From Escherichia phage 121Q, in sequence record NC_025447.1: a DNA stretch of 64,000 bases; one strand, given 5' to 3'. The position numbers and the translations under genes are program-made. Below are positions 37,286 to 47,662 of the stretch, piece after piece. The notes beneath the pieces were generated by a model, which worked only from the letters and a program-made list of their open reading frames with translations, was not told the origin of the DNA and made no database searches. The number at the start of each line of letters is the position of its first letter. Within the stretch, counting starts at the first letter, position 1.

Positions 37286-39091
37286 ATGCAATTAGATAAA
37301 TTATATACCGATGTAACAAATTTCCTAAATCAGAGTAATACTGATCTTACTAATGAAAACGCTAATAAAGATGCAAAATGCGTCAATACACATAGAGATT
37401 TACTAGCAGGTATTCTATCTAAGCATTATTCACAAGATGTTATTCCCACCGAGTTAATGCAATGGCATAATGATGGATATGGTCATATTCATGATTTAGA
37501 TTACTATATTAGCCCATTGACCAATTGTTGCTTGGTTAACTATCCTGATATGCTTAAAAACGGCTTCACTATTGGTTGTGCTAAAATTGAAGAACCAAAA
37601 AGTTTCAGTGTAGCTTGCACAGTACTGACACAAATTGTCCAAGCTGTTGCCAGTTCCCAGTATGGTGGTCAATCTTTGGCTCACATTGATGTCGGATTAG
37701 AACCTTACGTTCAAAAGTCATGGGATAAGCTGTTAGAAAAACAAAAGAAATATAATCTAAGTGATGAATTCATTGAAGAAGAACTACGTAAAGAAGTGTA
37801 TGATGGCTGCCAAACATTACTTTACCAAACTAATTCAATGATTAGTACTAATGGTCAAGCTGCATTTATTTCTCTTAGTTTAGGTCTTAACACTTCTAAA
37901 TTTGGCAAATTAATCACTGAACAGTACTTAAAAGTCCATGAGAATGGTTTAGGTAAAGATAAGATTACTCCAGTGTTTCCTAAAGTAATTTTCTTTTTAC
38001 AAGATGGTATAAACATGAATACCAACGATAGTAATTATGACCTTAAACAGTTAGCTATGCGTTGTGCATCAAAACGAATCTACCCTGACTTTGTTTCAGT
38101 ACCATTAAATCACAAAGTGACTGGAAGTAGTAGTACTGCTGTAACACCGATGGGCTGTCGTTCATTCTTAGGAAAATGGGAAGATTCAAATGGAAATGAA
38201 CAATACAACGGTCGTTTCAATTTAGGTGTGGTTTCTATCAATTTACCTCTAATTGCTCTTGAGAGTACTTCTGACGGAGAGTTTTTTGATAAGATAGACG
38301 AGCATATGAATATTGCATATCGTGCTCAGATGAACCGCGTAGAGCGTTTAAAAGGCACTAAAGCAAAGCAAAATCCAATTTTGTTCATGGAAGGTGCATT
38401 AGCACGTTTAGGTGCAGAAGAAACCATTGACAAGCTATTTTACAATGGTTATGCTAGTATTAGTATTGGTTATGTTGGACTTGTTGAATGTTCAGAAATC
38501 CTCACTGGTTCTATCAGTAAGGAGTTTTGTATGTCAGTACTGAATTATATGAAAGTAAAATGCGATGAGTTCAAAAAAGAGAGTAATATAGCTTTTAGTC
38601 TATATGGAACTCCAGCAGAGTCACTTTGTTATAAATTTGCACGTTGTATTGAAGCAAAATATCCTTCAGTACTAAAACGTGATTACATCACAAATTCCTT
38701 CCATCAACCAGTATGGGTAGAAAGTTCTCCATTTGATAAATGGAGTTATGAAGAAGGCTTTGCTTACCTAAGTAACGGTGGAAACATCAGTTATGTTGAA
38801 TCTCCAAACTTAGCAAACAACATTCAAGCACTTGAAACATTAGTTAACTATGCTTACACGAAGATACCATATTTTGGTATTAACCAACCAGTTGACCATT
38901 GTTATGAATGTGGCTTCCAGGGTGAGTTCAGTGTAGATAAACATGGTTTCCACTGTCCGGTATGTGATAATCGTAATGAGAAGACAATCTCAGTGATTCG
39001 TCGTGTTTCTGGTTACTTGGGTAATCCTTCTTCGCGTGGATTCAATAAAGGCAAACAACAAGAGTGTTGTGAGCGTATTCAGCACAAATAA
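37286..39091 (+). CDS. nrdD: anaerobic ribonucleoside-triphosphate reductase NrdD (class III)
   Basis: N-terminus NENANKD like T4 NrdD; C-terminal glycyl-radical region RVSGYLGNP; no intron; start set at ATG with RBS AAGGA. Confidence 0.9.
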   Translation: MQLDKLYTDVTNFLNQSNTDLTNENANKDAKCVNTHRDLLAGILSKHYSQDVIPTELMQWHNDGYGHIHDLDYYISPLTNCCLVNYPDMLKNGFTIGCAKIEEPKSFSVACTVLTQIVQAVASSQYGGQSLAHIDVGLEPYVQKSWDKLLEKQKKYNLSDEFIEEELRKEVYDGCQTLLYQTNSMISTNGQAAFISLSLGLNTSKFGKLITEQYLKVHENGLGKDKITPVFPKVIFFLQDGINMNTNDSNYDLKQLAMRCASKRIYPDFVSVPLNHKVTGSSSTAVTPMGCRSFLGKWEDSNGNEQYNGRFNLGVVSINLPLIALESTSDGEFFDKIDEHMNIAYRAQMNRVERLKGTKAKQNPILFMEGALARLGAEETIDKLFYNGYASISIGYVGLVECSEILTGSISKEFCMSVLNYMKVKCDEFKKESNIAFSLYGTPAESLCYKFARCIEAKYPSVLKRDYITNSFHQPVWVESSPFDKWSYEEGFAYLSNGGNISYVESPNLANNIQALETLVNYAYTKIPYFGINQPVDHCYECGFQGEFSVDKHGFHCPVCDNRNEKTISVIRRVSGYLGNPSSRGFNKGKQQECCERIQHK

Positions 39092-39099
39092 GGTAAATT

Positions 39100-39432
39100 A
39101 TGGATTTAAAGCCAATTGTGGTTAACAAATACAAAGAACCGTATGATGTGTATATTGGACGTGGGTCTAAATGGGGAAACCCATTTACCCATATTAAAGA
39201 TAAACAAACTAAAGCCGAATTCATTGTTAGTACAAGAGAAGAATCAATTGAAAAATTCAGAGAATACATTATTGAACGTATTTCTTGTGGAGAAGTTAAG
39301 ATTGATGAATTACTTGAACTCGCAGGGAAACGCCTTGGTTGTTTCTGTAAACCCAAATCATGTCACGGCGATGTTCTTGTCGAAATAGTGAGTGCAATAT
39401 TAGATGAATTACCAGACGATAATCAAGGATGA
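39100..39432 (+). CDS. conserved phage protein of unknown function (DUF4326-like, recalled from memory)
   Basis: IGRGSKWGNPF and CxCxxxxCHGDVL motifs. Confidence 0.5.
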   Translation: MDLKPIVVNKYKEPYDVYIGRGSKWGNPFTHIKDKQTKAEFIVSTREESIEKFREYIIERISCGEVKIDELLELAGKRLGCFCKPKSCHGDVLVEIVSAILDELPDDNQG

Positions 39433-39874
39433 TTTAGTAAATGGAGAGGGCGTTCGCTGCTCTTTATTTGTTAGTGGGTGTTCGCACGGATGTGATGGTT
39501 GCTTCAATGAAGAAGCATGGGACTACCGAAGTGGACAAGAGTTCAGTACTGAAACAGTTGAGATTATACTACAGGAACTAAAAAAACCATATGTTAGTGG
39601 TTTGTCACTTCTAGGCGGCGATCCATTAATGAAAAAGAATATAGATGAAGTTTTAAATCTATGCAAAGTAGTTAAAGAAACTTATCCTAGTAAAACTATT
39701 TGGTGCTGGAGTGGGTATACTTTAGATGAGATTATGAAAAATCATGCTAAAGATATACTTCAGTACTTAGATGTATTAGTTGATGGTAAGTTTATCGAGT
39801 CCGAAAAGAATTTAAAATTACCTTTCCGTGGTTCAAATAATCAAAGAATACTATATAAAAATAAAGATTTTTAA
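39404..39874 (+). CDS. nrdG: anaerobic ribonucleotide reductase activating protein NrdG (radical SAM)
   Basis: MNY start, FVSGCSHGCDGC cysteine cluster, 156 aa like T4 NrdG. Confidence 0.9.
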   Translation: MNYQTIIKDDLVNGEGVRCSLFVSGCSHGCDGCFNEEAWDYRSGQEFSTETVEIILQELKKPYVSGLSLLGGDPLMKKNIDEVLNLCKVVKETYPSKTIWCWSGYTLDEIMKNHAKDILQYLDVLVDGKFIESEKNLKLPFRGSNNQRILYKNKDF

Positions 39875-39877
39875 CAT

Positions 39878-39901
39878 AAGCACCCGTTGGGTGCTTTTTT
39901 G
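39878..39901 (+). terminator. rho-independent terminator
   Basis: AGCACCC...GGGTGCT stem plus TTTTTT. Confidence 0.65.
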
Positions 39902-39908
39902 TTATGTA

Positions 39909-39916
39909 TATAAATA
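39909..39916 (+). promoter_or_regulatory. T4-type late promoter box TATAAATA
   Basis: exact TATAAATA ~35 nt upstream of the tail-fiber gene start. Confidence 0.45.
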
Positions 39917-39950
39917 CATTAACTAATATCTAATTTATAAGGGATATATA

Positions 39951-42647
39951 ATGTCAAAGAAAATATATGGTGGCTTGGATGTCACACATAATGTGACAGT
40001 TAATGGTAAAAGAACAATACAAGGTATCAATGATCAAGTATTTGATGCTAATGGCAATATGGAGCTAGATACTTATTCAAGAGATGAAGTACTAGATATC
40101 GTCAGTATGATGCCAATTTCCCATTATGGGTCACAAAACTATCTTCCTGCTGGTGTATCTGGTGATTTCAATGGTGCATCTGAAAACCAGTCCCAACGTA
40201 GAAATAAAATTTTATTAGAAAACGATGGTACACTCGTATTATTACGTAGTGGTACAAACGGTAGTGTTGAGGGATTATATTATTCATATTTGGCTAACGC
40301 ATTATCAGTTGATGACATGAGCCGTACAATTAACACCAGTCGTCAATACAAGCCTGGTTTTTTCGGTTCAAATCGCGTCGCAATTGGCTTATACAATACT
40401 GATCCAAATATTTTACTCGGTAGATATGTAGACACTTCTAACAGTACTAATGGATTGTTTATTTCTATTACTAATGGTACATTAGATGATAAATTACATA
40501 CTGGTTTTTTTGTAAATCAAGCAGATATTTGCCCTGAAGGTGGTATAGAATTTGCAATGATGGCTGAAGATGGTTCAATCTATGTCTTTAGTGTTCTTAA
40601 TGAAAATAACCAACTACAGTTAGTTGTTGTCCGAGTTGTATATAATATTAGCAATGGAACATATACGGCAACTCGTATTACAGGATGGACTACAAAAACA
40701 TTCTATAATACAACTTATTCTGCACAGAATAACATGGTTATTACTAATCAAGTAACTTCAACTAATATAGCAGATAAGCCTTATGTGTATGTACCACAAA
40801 ACCTACGTGGTATTGGGATTTATATGACATCCATTGATTTGTATGTTGCACAGCAACCAGGAACACAGAACTTTCGTTTTAGAATGAATGGTGATGCATG
40901 GTTTACAATGGCGACATATAATGCCCGACCACAACATAGCTACAGCTTTGCATTTAATATGAGTACTAAACAATGCACCCTAGACGCTGGGAATGACATA
41001 GGTTCATATCAAGCACCATTGGTTATAACCAATACTGGTTCTGCATTAGTGCCTACAGGTAACGTTTTAAATAATGATCCATTATATAATCATGCTAATG
41101 CAAGAAACATTTATAGTTCTTATTTTTACTTAAGTTCAGGTGAAGCTTTTTGTACTGTGTGTCCAAACTTAGCAGAACCATTACTTATGCAAAAAGCAAA
41201 GTTTCCTATACAAATTGTTTATAGTATGATTAACGTTCGTGCAGTACAATCAACTGATTTTAAAGGTGGAGTTGTTAGACCATCCTTTGGTTCAGCAGTT
41301 GGTTCATTTATTAATGGTGTGGAGTTGTTACCAGATAATAGTACTAAACAATATTCACGTGCGTCTGGTAGTGGTGGGTTTAGACCATCATATGCAGTTC
41401 ATAAAAGTACTCCTAATTTTACATTTAAATCATTATCTTTAGGAACCATACAAGGTTATGAACCTACAACTGAACGTGGTTATGTAGATGATAATGCCAA
41501 TAATAGAATTTTCATTAGTAGTATTTCAGGTTCAACTGTAACAACTAATGGCGGTATTTTTATGGTTGGTCAACGTTATTCACAATCATTTTCATATGAT
41601 AAAAACTTAAATGGTACTGGTGTTATTAGTGTTACACAATCAGTTCTAGATAACTTTAGAAATACAGAATATGCTAAAGTTCTAAGTGACTGGAACTTAT
41701 CTTCACAAGCTTATCGTGATATGACATTATTTGTTCCACAACAAACTGACATTCCGGCTTTTGTTATGTTGAGTACTATAACAAATGACTATAAAAACTA
41801 TATTAGAATTGCTGAAGTTAACGTTAATACTAGAGTTGGAAATATAACATCTATTACCTTTAAGCGTTTAGTACTAGAAAATACATATGGTGAAAACTTT
41901 ACACCTAATGGTAATGGTTCGATTGCATCTTCTTCTGTTGGGTTAACAATTTATGATGGTGGTTCATTCTACTTCATTGGTGGTTCTGACCCATTAACAC
42001 ATCCAACAATAGGAAATACAGCAACTCATCAATTTAGAGCATATGTAACTAAATCAACTGCACAATTTACAAGTTTTGTTATTACTGGTTCTCATGCCAG
42101 TTATGAACAAGGAAGACAACCCACTGCGTTGCCTGGTATTGGATTTGGTATTTTTGATCCACTGGATTATACAAATAAAATGTCATTTCAAAAATATGGA
42201 ACAACGATAGCCGACTATAATAACTGGACTCCACAAGGTAGCCCAATTAACGTAGTATCACAAGACGTTGCTCAAGGGTTTATTGTTTATTTTACAGAGG
42301 AAACACCAGTTATACTATCAGGTAAGTCTTTTACACTACCAGTTTCAAATATTGATTTGAGAACTATAAAATCTAATCCAGCAAATACAACATTTTATGT
42401 ATATGTTAAATTAGAACAAGGGTTGGCAAACTACTACATAACTACTGATGTTATTTCCGAAACAGGAACAACTGCATATAATATTTTTTGGATAGGTACT
42501 ATTCAAACTAACGCAATTCAAATCGAAACTATTAATATACAAAAACGTTCACGTTTAGATATATTTGGTGCTTCACTTGAATCAGCAGGTTCATCGTTCC
42601 CAGTTAGCTACGGTCTACCATCACAAACAGGAACCATAAACTGGTAA
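39951..42647 (+). CDS. tail fiber / receptor-binding protein, paralog 1 (898 aa)
   Basis: Asn/Ser/Thr/Gly-rich; N- and C-terminal modules shared with the next two ORFs; late promoter upstream. Confidence 0.5.
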   Translation: MSKKIYGGLDVTHNVTVNGKRTIQGINDQVFDANGNMELDTYSRDEVLDIVSMMPISHYGSQNYLPAGVSGDFNGASENQSQRRNKILLENDGTLVLLRSGTNGSVEGLYYSYLANALSVDDMSRTINTSRQYKPGFFGSNRVAIGLYNTDPNILLGRYVDTSNSTNGLFISITNGTLDDKLHTGFFVNQADICPEGGIEFAMMAEDGSIYVFSVLNENNQLQLVVVRVVYNISNGTYTATRITGWTTKTFYNTTYSAQNNMVITNQVTSTNIADKPYVYVPQNLRGIGIYMTSIDLYVAQQPGTQNFRFRMNGDAWFTMATYNARPQHSYSFAFNMSTKQCTLDAGNDIGSYQAPLVITNTGSALVPTGNVLNNDPLYNHANARNIYSSYFYLSSGEAFCTVCPNLAEPLLMQKAKFPIQIVYSMINVRAVQSTDFKGGVVRPSFGSAVGSFINGVELLPDNSTKQYSRASGSGGFRPSYAVHKSTPNFTFKSLSLGTIQGYEPTTERGYVDDNANNRIFISSISGSTVTTNGGIFMVGQRYSQSFSYDKNLNGTGVISVTQSVLDNFRNTEYAKVLSDWNLSSQAYRDMTLFVPQQTDIPAFVMLSTITNDYKNYIRIAEVNVNTRVGNITSITFKRLVLENTYGENFTPNGNGSIASSSVGLTIYDGGSFYFIGGSDPLTHPTIGNTATHQFRAYVTKSTAQFTSFVITGSHASYEQGRQPTALPGIGFGIFDPLDYTNKMSFQKYGTTIADYNNWTPQGSPINVVSQDVAQGFIVYFTEETPVILSGKSFTLPVSNIDLRTIKSNPANTTFYVYVKLEQGLANYYITTDVISETGTTAYNIFWIGTIQTNAIQIETINIQKRSRLDIFGASLESAGSSFPVSYGLPSQTGTINW

Positions 42648-42658
42648 AGGATTACATA

Positions 42659-43246
42659 ATGGCATTTAAAATAAGAGCAGACCTTAAGGCAATGCAACAA
42701 GTTACAGTACAGGGTAAAAGTACTGGACTTGGTGTATTAGGTAATAATATGACTTATTACCCAACAAATTCAAATGGGGAATGTACATTCCCCTCTATTA
42801 CCAAAGATGAAGTTAACTTTATTGTCAATGGATTACCACTTACACAATACGGAGAATTGTATGATGACGCTAGTCTAAATATTACTTCATCAGGCTATAG
42901 TCTTACATTTAATAGACAGATACCATCATTTATTGGTGGTTATCTTTATAAATTTCCAGCAGTTTCTATTTTTGCTTCAACTGTTTCATCTGGAACACAA
43001 ACACAATATGTATATGCAACGTTAGTTCTCGGTGAACCAATTTATAAAATATCACCAACACAAATACAAGAATCTGAAATTATAATGTTTATTGGAACAC
43101 TGACCGTTGGTACAAGTGGTATTACAAATATAAACATTAATAAAGTATCCAGATTTAGTACATATAGACCTAGTGTTACACAAAAAGGTTCTTCATTCCC
43201 AGTCAGTACTGGAAAACCATCAGAAACTGGTACAATTGGTTGGTAA
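42659..43246 (+). CDS. short tail-fiber-like protein, paralog 2 (195 aa)
   Basis: shares N-terminal and C-terminal (SSFPVSTGKPSETGT) modules with flanking long fibers. Confidence 0.45.
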   Translation: MAFKIRADLKAMQQVTVQGKSTGLGVLGNNMTYYPTNSNGECTFPSITKDEVNFIVNGLPLTQYGELYDDASLNITSSGYSLTFNRQIPSFIGGYLYKFPAVSIFASTVSSGTQTQYVYATLVLGEPIYKISPTQIQESEIIMFIGTLTVGTSGITNININKVSRFSTYRPSVTQKGSSFPVSTGKPSETGTIGW

Positions 43247-43262
43247 ATTAAGGAAAAGAAAG

Positions 43263-45992
43263 ATGTCATCAAAACGAATTATAGGAAGTGCCGAGATCCT
43301 TGGGAACTTGGCAATTGGACAAAGGTACGCTATGCGTACTTTTAATGGAACCTCACCGAATGCCAATACTGGAATTGTTCAATATCCAATATATAAGCGT
43401 TCAGAAGTTCAAAGTATTTTAGATATGTTGCCTATATCACGTGTAGGAGAAATGGATTACTTGCCATTAAACGTAAGTGGGTCGTATGAAGGTGCTACAC
43501 CTATGTCAAGTGACCAAGTAGTTCAGCCAACAATTATTGAAGATGATGGAACCGCCGTTGTTCTGCGTAGCGGAACCAATGGTAGTACTAAAGGTTTTTA
43601 TTATTCATTTATACGAGAAATCAGAAATATAACCATGATTTCACAAGAAAGTGTTATTTCAACCAATTCAATGTATAAACCTTCAATTATGAGTAGTACA
43701 GAGAATATTAAGTATTTTATTGGCTCTAATGGTTATGAAATGCTTGGATGTTTAAGTACAGAAGATAATTATATTTTTACTATAACTAATGGTACATTCA
43801 ACGAAGTATCACATATTCATGCTAAAGTACCAAGTACTTCTTTTGGTAATGATATGCCTATATATACTCATATTGTTGGAACAAAAGTATATATTTGGTG
43901 TAAAGATAAAAGTGTTTCTAATTTAGGATTAGCACTTTCAATTTATACAGTAGAGCTAAGTGATGTGAAAGCAAGCTCAATGGCATCATTAACAAAAGTT
44001 ACTGGATTATCAGGGCAAACTGTTCGAAATACAAGTTATTCTGCATCTAATAACATAAGAGTGTTTGATAGATTATATAGTGTTGGTACTAGCTCGGATT
44101 CATTATTCGAAGTTACATCACCAGTCTCACGTGTAGAATTTTCGGATTATACAGACTTTAATATACAAGCAAACGTTAGTACTGATTTATCCAAAATACG
44201 TGTAACTTTATACCCAACCCATAGAATGGTTACACCTTTATATATTTCAACAGTGTATGGTACTGGTATCAGTTTTGTTTATAATATAAACTCAAAATCT
44301 ATGTCACTAGATGGTTCTGCTCGTGCTCCTGCTACAGTTTCATATGATAATGGATTTCAAGTTTCTAACCCATTTGAAATCAATATGGTCAACTTTACTG
44401 GGACAACTGCTGCTGGTGTATTAGGAAACGCAGGTGGTTTATGTCAAACCAAAGATGGTTTAGTATTTGCATCTAAATTTAGATGGAGTTCAACTGAATT
44501 TTATGGTCTACAACGATATAAGGTTAGTGGTACACCGTTTGATTCATGGGTTGCTAGTACTAGATCCGCAAGTAACGTTATAAATGCAAACGTTTTACCA
44601 GTTTTTGGTAGTGCTGTTGGTGCAAACCTATTAGGTGTACGTTTCATCGATAATAGAAAAATATTATTAGCATGTTCTGGTACGTATGATGATGTAACAT
44701 ATAATTATAATAATACTGTTTTTTCTGAAATAGGCTCACAACCAACATATCAATATAACTCAGTTCAAAATAATACTACATTAAATGGTTTTGCACCACA
44801 ATCTAATCGTAAACAAATAGGTGATGATTTTACATACACTGCTATGATTTCTCTTGTTGATACCGATGGTAGTGTTAGATGTTATGGAACATCATTCATT
44901 GAAGGTGTATATAAAACAAGTGGTGGATTATTAAACCCAGATACTTTAGAATTTGATGAAACATATACAATAGAACCAACGGTATTAGAATCATTAAAAC
45001 AAGATATTTTTGCTAATCTAGGAAACTCTGGCATTGTTGGTACACTATCTGGACAAATTGTATTATATTATGTACCTGATAATACTTTTTCTAAATCCAT
45101 TGCAGTAGTTTCAGCATATAATCTTAACAATAACCAAGGTTATGCAATCTATGCCGAAGTTGATGTTGTATTATCTGGAACTAACATAACTTCAGCTACA
45201 TTGGTAAGTACTAGATATGAGACACTTAGTTCTGTTACCGGAATTATTACTGAAGCATATATGAAACGTTGTACTGGTCTAACAGTTGCTAAATATTCAG
45301 GATTTGGTTACATTGGTGTTGATGCAGTTCATCAATTTTCACAACCAGGTAATGCACAATTTAAGATGATGATAGCTAAAACAGTAGATGGTGTCATAAC
45401 ATCAAATCGTTTTTTATCATCTAGTTACATCCAACTCGGTGCAGCATATCAACATGGTGTTATTCCTGGTGTTGGTTTTGGATATTACAATTTTCAAGAT
45501 TCTGACTATCAAACCAAATCTGTATTCAGCGTTTTTGGTACAACATCTGCTGAAATGGATGGTTTAATTAGCGGAAATGGTAGCGTTAAAGAAAAGATTG
45601 TGGTAGTATCACAAGACGTTGCACAAGGATTCTCAGTGTACTTTACACGTGAAGTCCCGGTGTTTTTAGGTGGAATTTTCGACAGACTACCTATACAAAG
45701 TGTAGATTTAAGTACTGTAAAAAGTAATCCAGCTAATACTACGTTCTATTTGTATATACAAATGAACAGGAATACTAAGAAAGCTTCATATGTTATTAGT
45801 ACTGAAACAATTGATGAATCTTTAACTAGCACTTACATTGGTAAGATAGTTACTGGAACTTCAGGAATAACTTCAATTGATACAGAAAAAGTAACTCGTT
45901 TTTTGACATATCGTCCAAGTACAACGAAACGTGGTTCAGCGATACCTGCCAGTACTGGTGTACCATCAGGTCCAGGTACACGTTGGAAATAA
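43263..45992 (+). CDS. tail fiber / receptor-binding protein, paralog 3
   Basis: start refined to ATG after previous stop with RBS AAGGAAAAG; N-terminus aligns with 39951 ORF. Confidence 0.5.
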   Translation: MSSKRIIGSAEILGNLAIGQRYAMRTFNGTSPNANTGIVQYPIYKRSEVQSILDMLPISRVGEMDYLPLNVSGSYEGATPMSSDQVVQPTIIEDDGTAVVLRSGTNGSTKGFYYSFIREIRNITMISQESVISTNSMYKPSIMSSTENIKYFIGSNGYEMLGCLSTEDNYIFTITNGTFNEVSHIHAKVPSTSFGNDMPIYTHIVGTKVYIWCKDKSVSNLGLALSIYTVELSDVKASSMASLTKVTGLSGQTVRNTSYSASNNIRVFDRLYSVGTSSDSLFEVTSPVSRVEFSDYTDFNIQANVSTDLSKIRVTLYPTHRMVTPLYISTVYGTGISFVYNINSKSMSLDGSARAPATVSYDNGFQVSNPFEINMVNFTGTTAAGVLGNAGGLCQTKDGLVFASKFRWSSTEFYGLQRYKVSGTPFDSWVASTRSASNVINANVLPVFGSAVGANLLGVRFIDNRKILLACSGTYDDVTYNYNNTVFSEIGSQPTYQYNSVQNNTTLNGFAPQSNRKQIGDDFTYTAMISLVDTDGSVRCYGTSFIEGVYKTSGGLLNPDTLEFDETYTIEPTVLESLKQDIFANLGNSGIVGTLSGQIVLYYVPDNTFSKSIAVVSAYNLNNNQGYAIYAEVDVVLSGTNITSATLVSTRYETLSSVTGIITEAYMKRCTGLTVAKYSGFGYIGVDAVHQFSQPGNAQFKMMIAKTVDGVITSNRFLSSSYIQLGAAYQHGVIPGVGFGYYNFQDSDYQTKSVFSVFGTTSAEMDGLISGNGSVKEKIVVVSQDVAQGFSVYFTREVPVFLGGIFDRLPIQSVDLSTVKSNPANTTFYLYIQMNRNTKKASYVISTETIDESLTSTYIGKIVTGTSGITSIDTEKVTRFLTYRPSTTKRGSAIPASTGVPSGPGTRWK

Positions 45993-45998
45993 ATTTAA

Positions 45999-46025
45999 AG
46001 CTCGTCTATTGACGGGCTTTTCTTT
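45999..46025 (+). terminator. rho-independent terminator
   Basis: GCTCGTC...GACGGGC stem plus T-run. Confidence 0.5.
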
Positions 46026-46059
46026 TATGTGTATAATTGAATAAAAATAGGAGGAAATT

Positions 46060-46626
46060 ATGGTCAAATCTTTATTACCGCCACCAAAACGTCACAAAAT
46101 CAAAGAAATGAAAGAACAACGTACATTAAAGATGTACATCAATTTAGTTAAGTTACTGTGTAAAAGTCCATCGCTCAAAGCAGAGTTTAAAACTGATGAT
46201 GACCGCAAAGCACTAATTGAGATGAAGTATATGCTCAGTAAAATGTCCTTTTACAAATTTGTAAAAGAATACGCATCTGACCCATTTAGTCCTCGTTGGA
46301 GAGCCAAACCAAGAGAGTATTTTTACGGTGGTTCATATACGGATCTCATTCAAGACACAGTGATGGGAGTTGAATTTGAAATCGATTATGAGCCGAATGG
46401 TGTGGAAAGCTGGCCGATTGAGAAACGTTTACCAAGTGAAGAAGAAATTTATGTTTATGCAAGAAAACTTTCAAATTTCAGTTCAAGAATTACTCTAGGC
46501 AATTTAGATTCATTTATTATTTTCTATACACGTGTTGGTGTAGATAAAATGGTAACTAAACTCAATGAACTTTCATTACAACAAAAACAGATTAATGCAT
46601 ACAAAGACATTACTGATTTATACTAA
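46060..46626 (+). CDS. hypothetical protein, triplicated family member 1
   Basis: RBS GGAGG; shares central motif with next two ORFs. Confidence 0.5.
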   Translation: MVKSLLPPPKRHKIKEMKEQRTLKMYINLVKLLCKSPSLKAEFKTDDDRKALIEMKYMLSKMSFYKFVKEYASDPFSPRWRAKPREYFYGGSYTDLIQDTVMGVEFEIDYEPNGVESWPIEKRLPSEEEIYVYARKLSNFSSRITLGNLDSFIIFYTRVGVDKMVTKLNELSLQQKQINAYKDITDLY

Positions 46627-46638
46627 TGAGGAATGGAT

Positions 46639-47154
46639 ATGTTTTTTGGATCAGTTGGAAAACAAAACAGTACTTTAATTTGGCATGAAATTATCTTTAA
46701 AATTATATCTAAAAGCTACTCACTAAAGGATATTATTACCACAGATAATGATAGACGTATCCTGTTAGATGCAAAATATAAATTGAGCAAACACCCTTTA
46801 CTTTCTTTAATCATTGATTACGTTAATGATTATGAATCTAGTCGTTGGAAGTGGGAAGACGGCGGTTTATTTCGTGGAAAAACATTCTACGGTGCGGAAC
46901 GATATGTTTTCAGTGATACATCAAATGGCGTTAAGTTTGTTATTAGAAACTTTAACTCCAAAGAAAATGATTATCTTGAAAGTGGAGTGAAAGTATATAT
47001 CGATAATAATAGCAATGTACTAACATATGACGAATCACTAATTATGTTACAAATAATGCGTGGAGTTGAAGGTGTAAGAAACAACCTTACTAAATTGAAA
47101 ATCCAGCAAAATGATATACATAATAGACAGAAAATTAAGGGTTTATATAAATGA
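46639..47154 (+). CDS. hypothetical protein, triplicated family member 2
   Basis: ORF in track. Confidence 0.45.
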   Translation: MFFGSVGKQNSTLIWHEIIFKIISKSYSLKDIITTDNDRRILLDAKYKLSKHPLLSLIIDYVNDYESSRWKWEDGGLFRGKTFYGAERYVFSDTSNGVKFVIRNFNSKENDYLESGVKVYIDNNSNVLTYDESLIMLQIMRGVEGVRNNLTKLKIQQNDIHNRQKIKGLYK

Positions 47155-47660
47155 TTTCATTTTTCAAAAAGAAACAAAAAGTTGATGAAACCGGATTAGA
47201 ATCGTTTCTGTGGACTCTTATCATCAAAAAAAGCCCATTGATGAAAGAATATGCTATCAATGATGCTAATAGAAAAACTATCATTGAATACAAATATGAA
47301 TTATCTAAATGTGATCCAATTGTTTATCACTTTGCGAAGTACTGTTCAAAAAATTTATCGGATATCACAATCGACCACGAGTCAGTCCCGATGAGTTTTC
47401 CTTATGGTGATTGGGTAGATACTTTTGATATTTTTGATGGGTCAAATGGTTTCAGTTTCTTTTACTCGTCAAATAAAGCAAATGTTCGTATTAAAACAGA
47501 CATAGGTTGGACACAGCATAGCTCAAATAAAGAAGATTATAATTTATTAGCTGACGTATACCGAAGTGTGAAGAATTCAAAGGATATTGATGAAAGAATT
47601 AAAAAGCAAAATCGTATATCTTTATCACTTGAAACATACAAGTCAAAGTATGGTGGTTAA
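47151..47660 (+). CDS. hypothetical protein, triplicated family member 3
   Basis: ORF in track. Confidence 0.45.
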   Translation: MISFFKKKQKVDETGLESFLWTLIIKKSPLMKEYAINDANRKTIIEYKYELSKCDPIVYHFAKYCSKNLSDITIDHESVPMSFPYGDWVDTFDIFDGSNGFSFFYSSNKANVRIKTDIGWTQHSSNKEDYNLLADVYRSVKNSKDIDERIKKQNRISLSLETYKSKYGG

Positions 47661-47662
47661 CT

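Noticed and set aside
37286-39091. Group I intron or homing endonuclease inside nrdD, as in T4
   Set aside because: The NrdD reading frame is continuous from the NENANKD region to the glycyl-radical motif.
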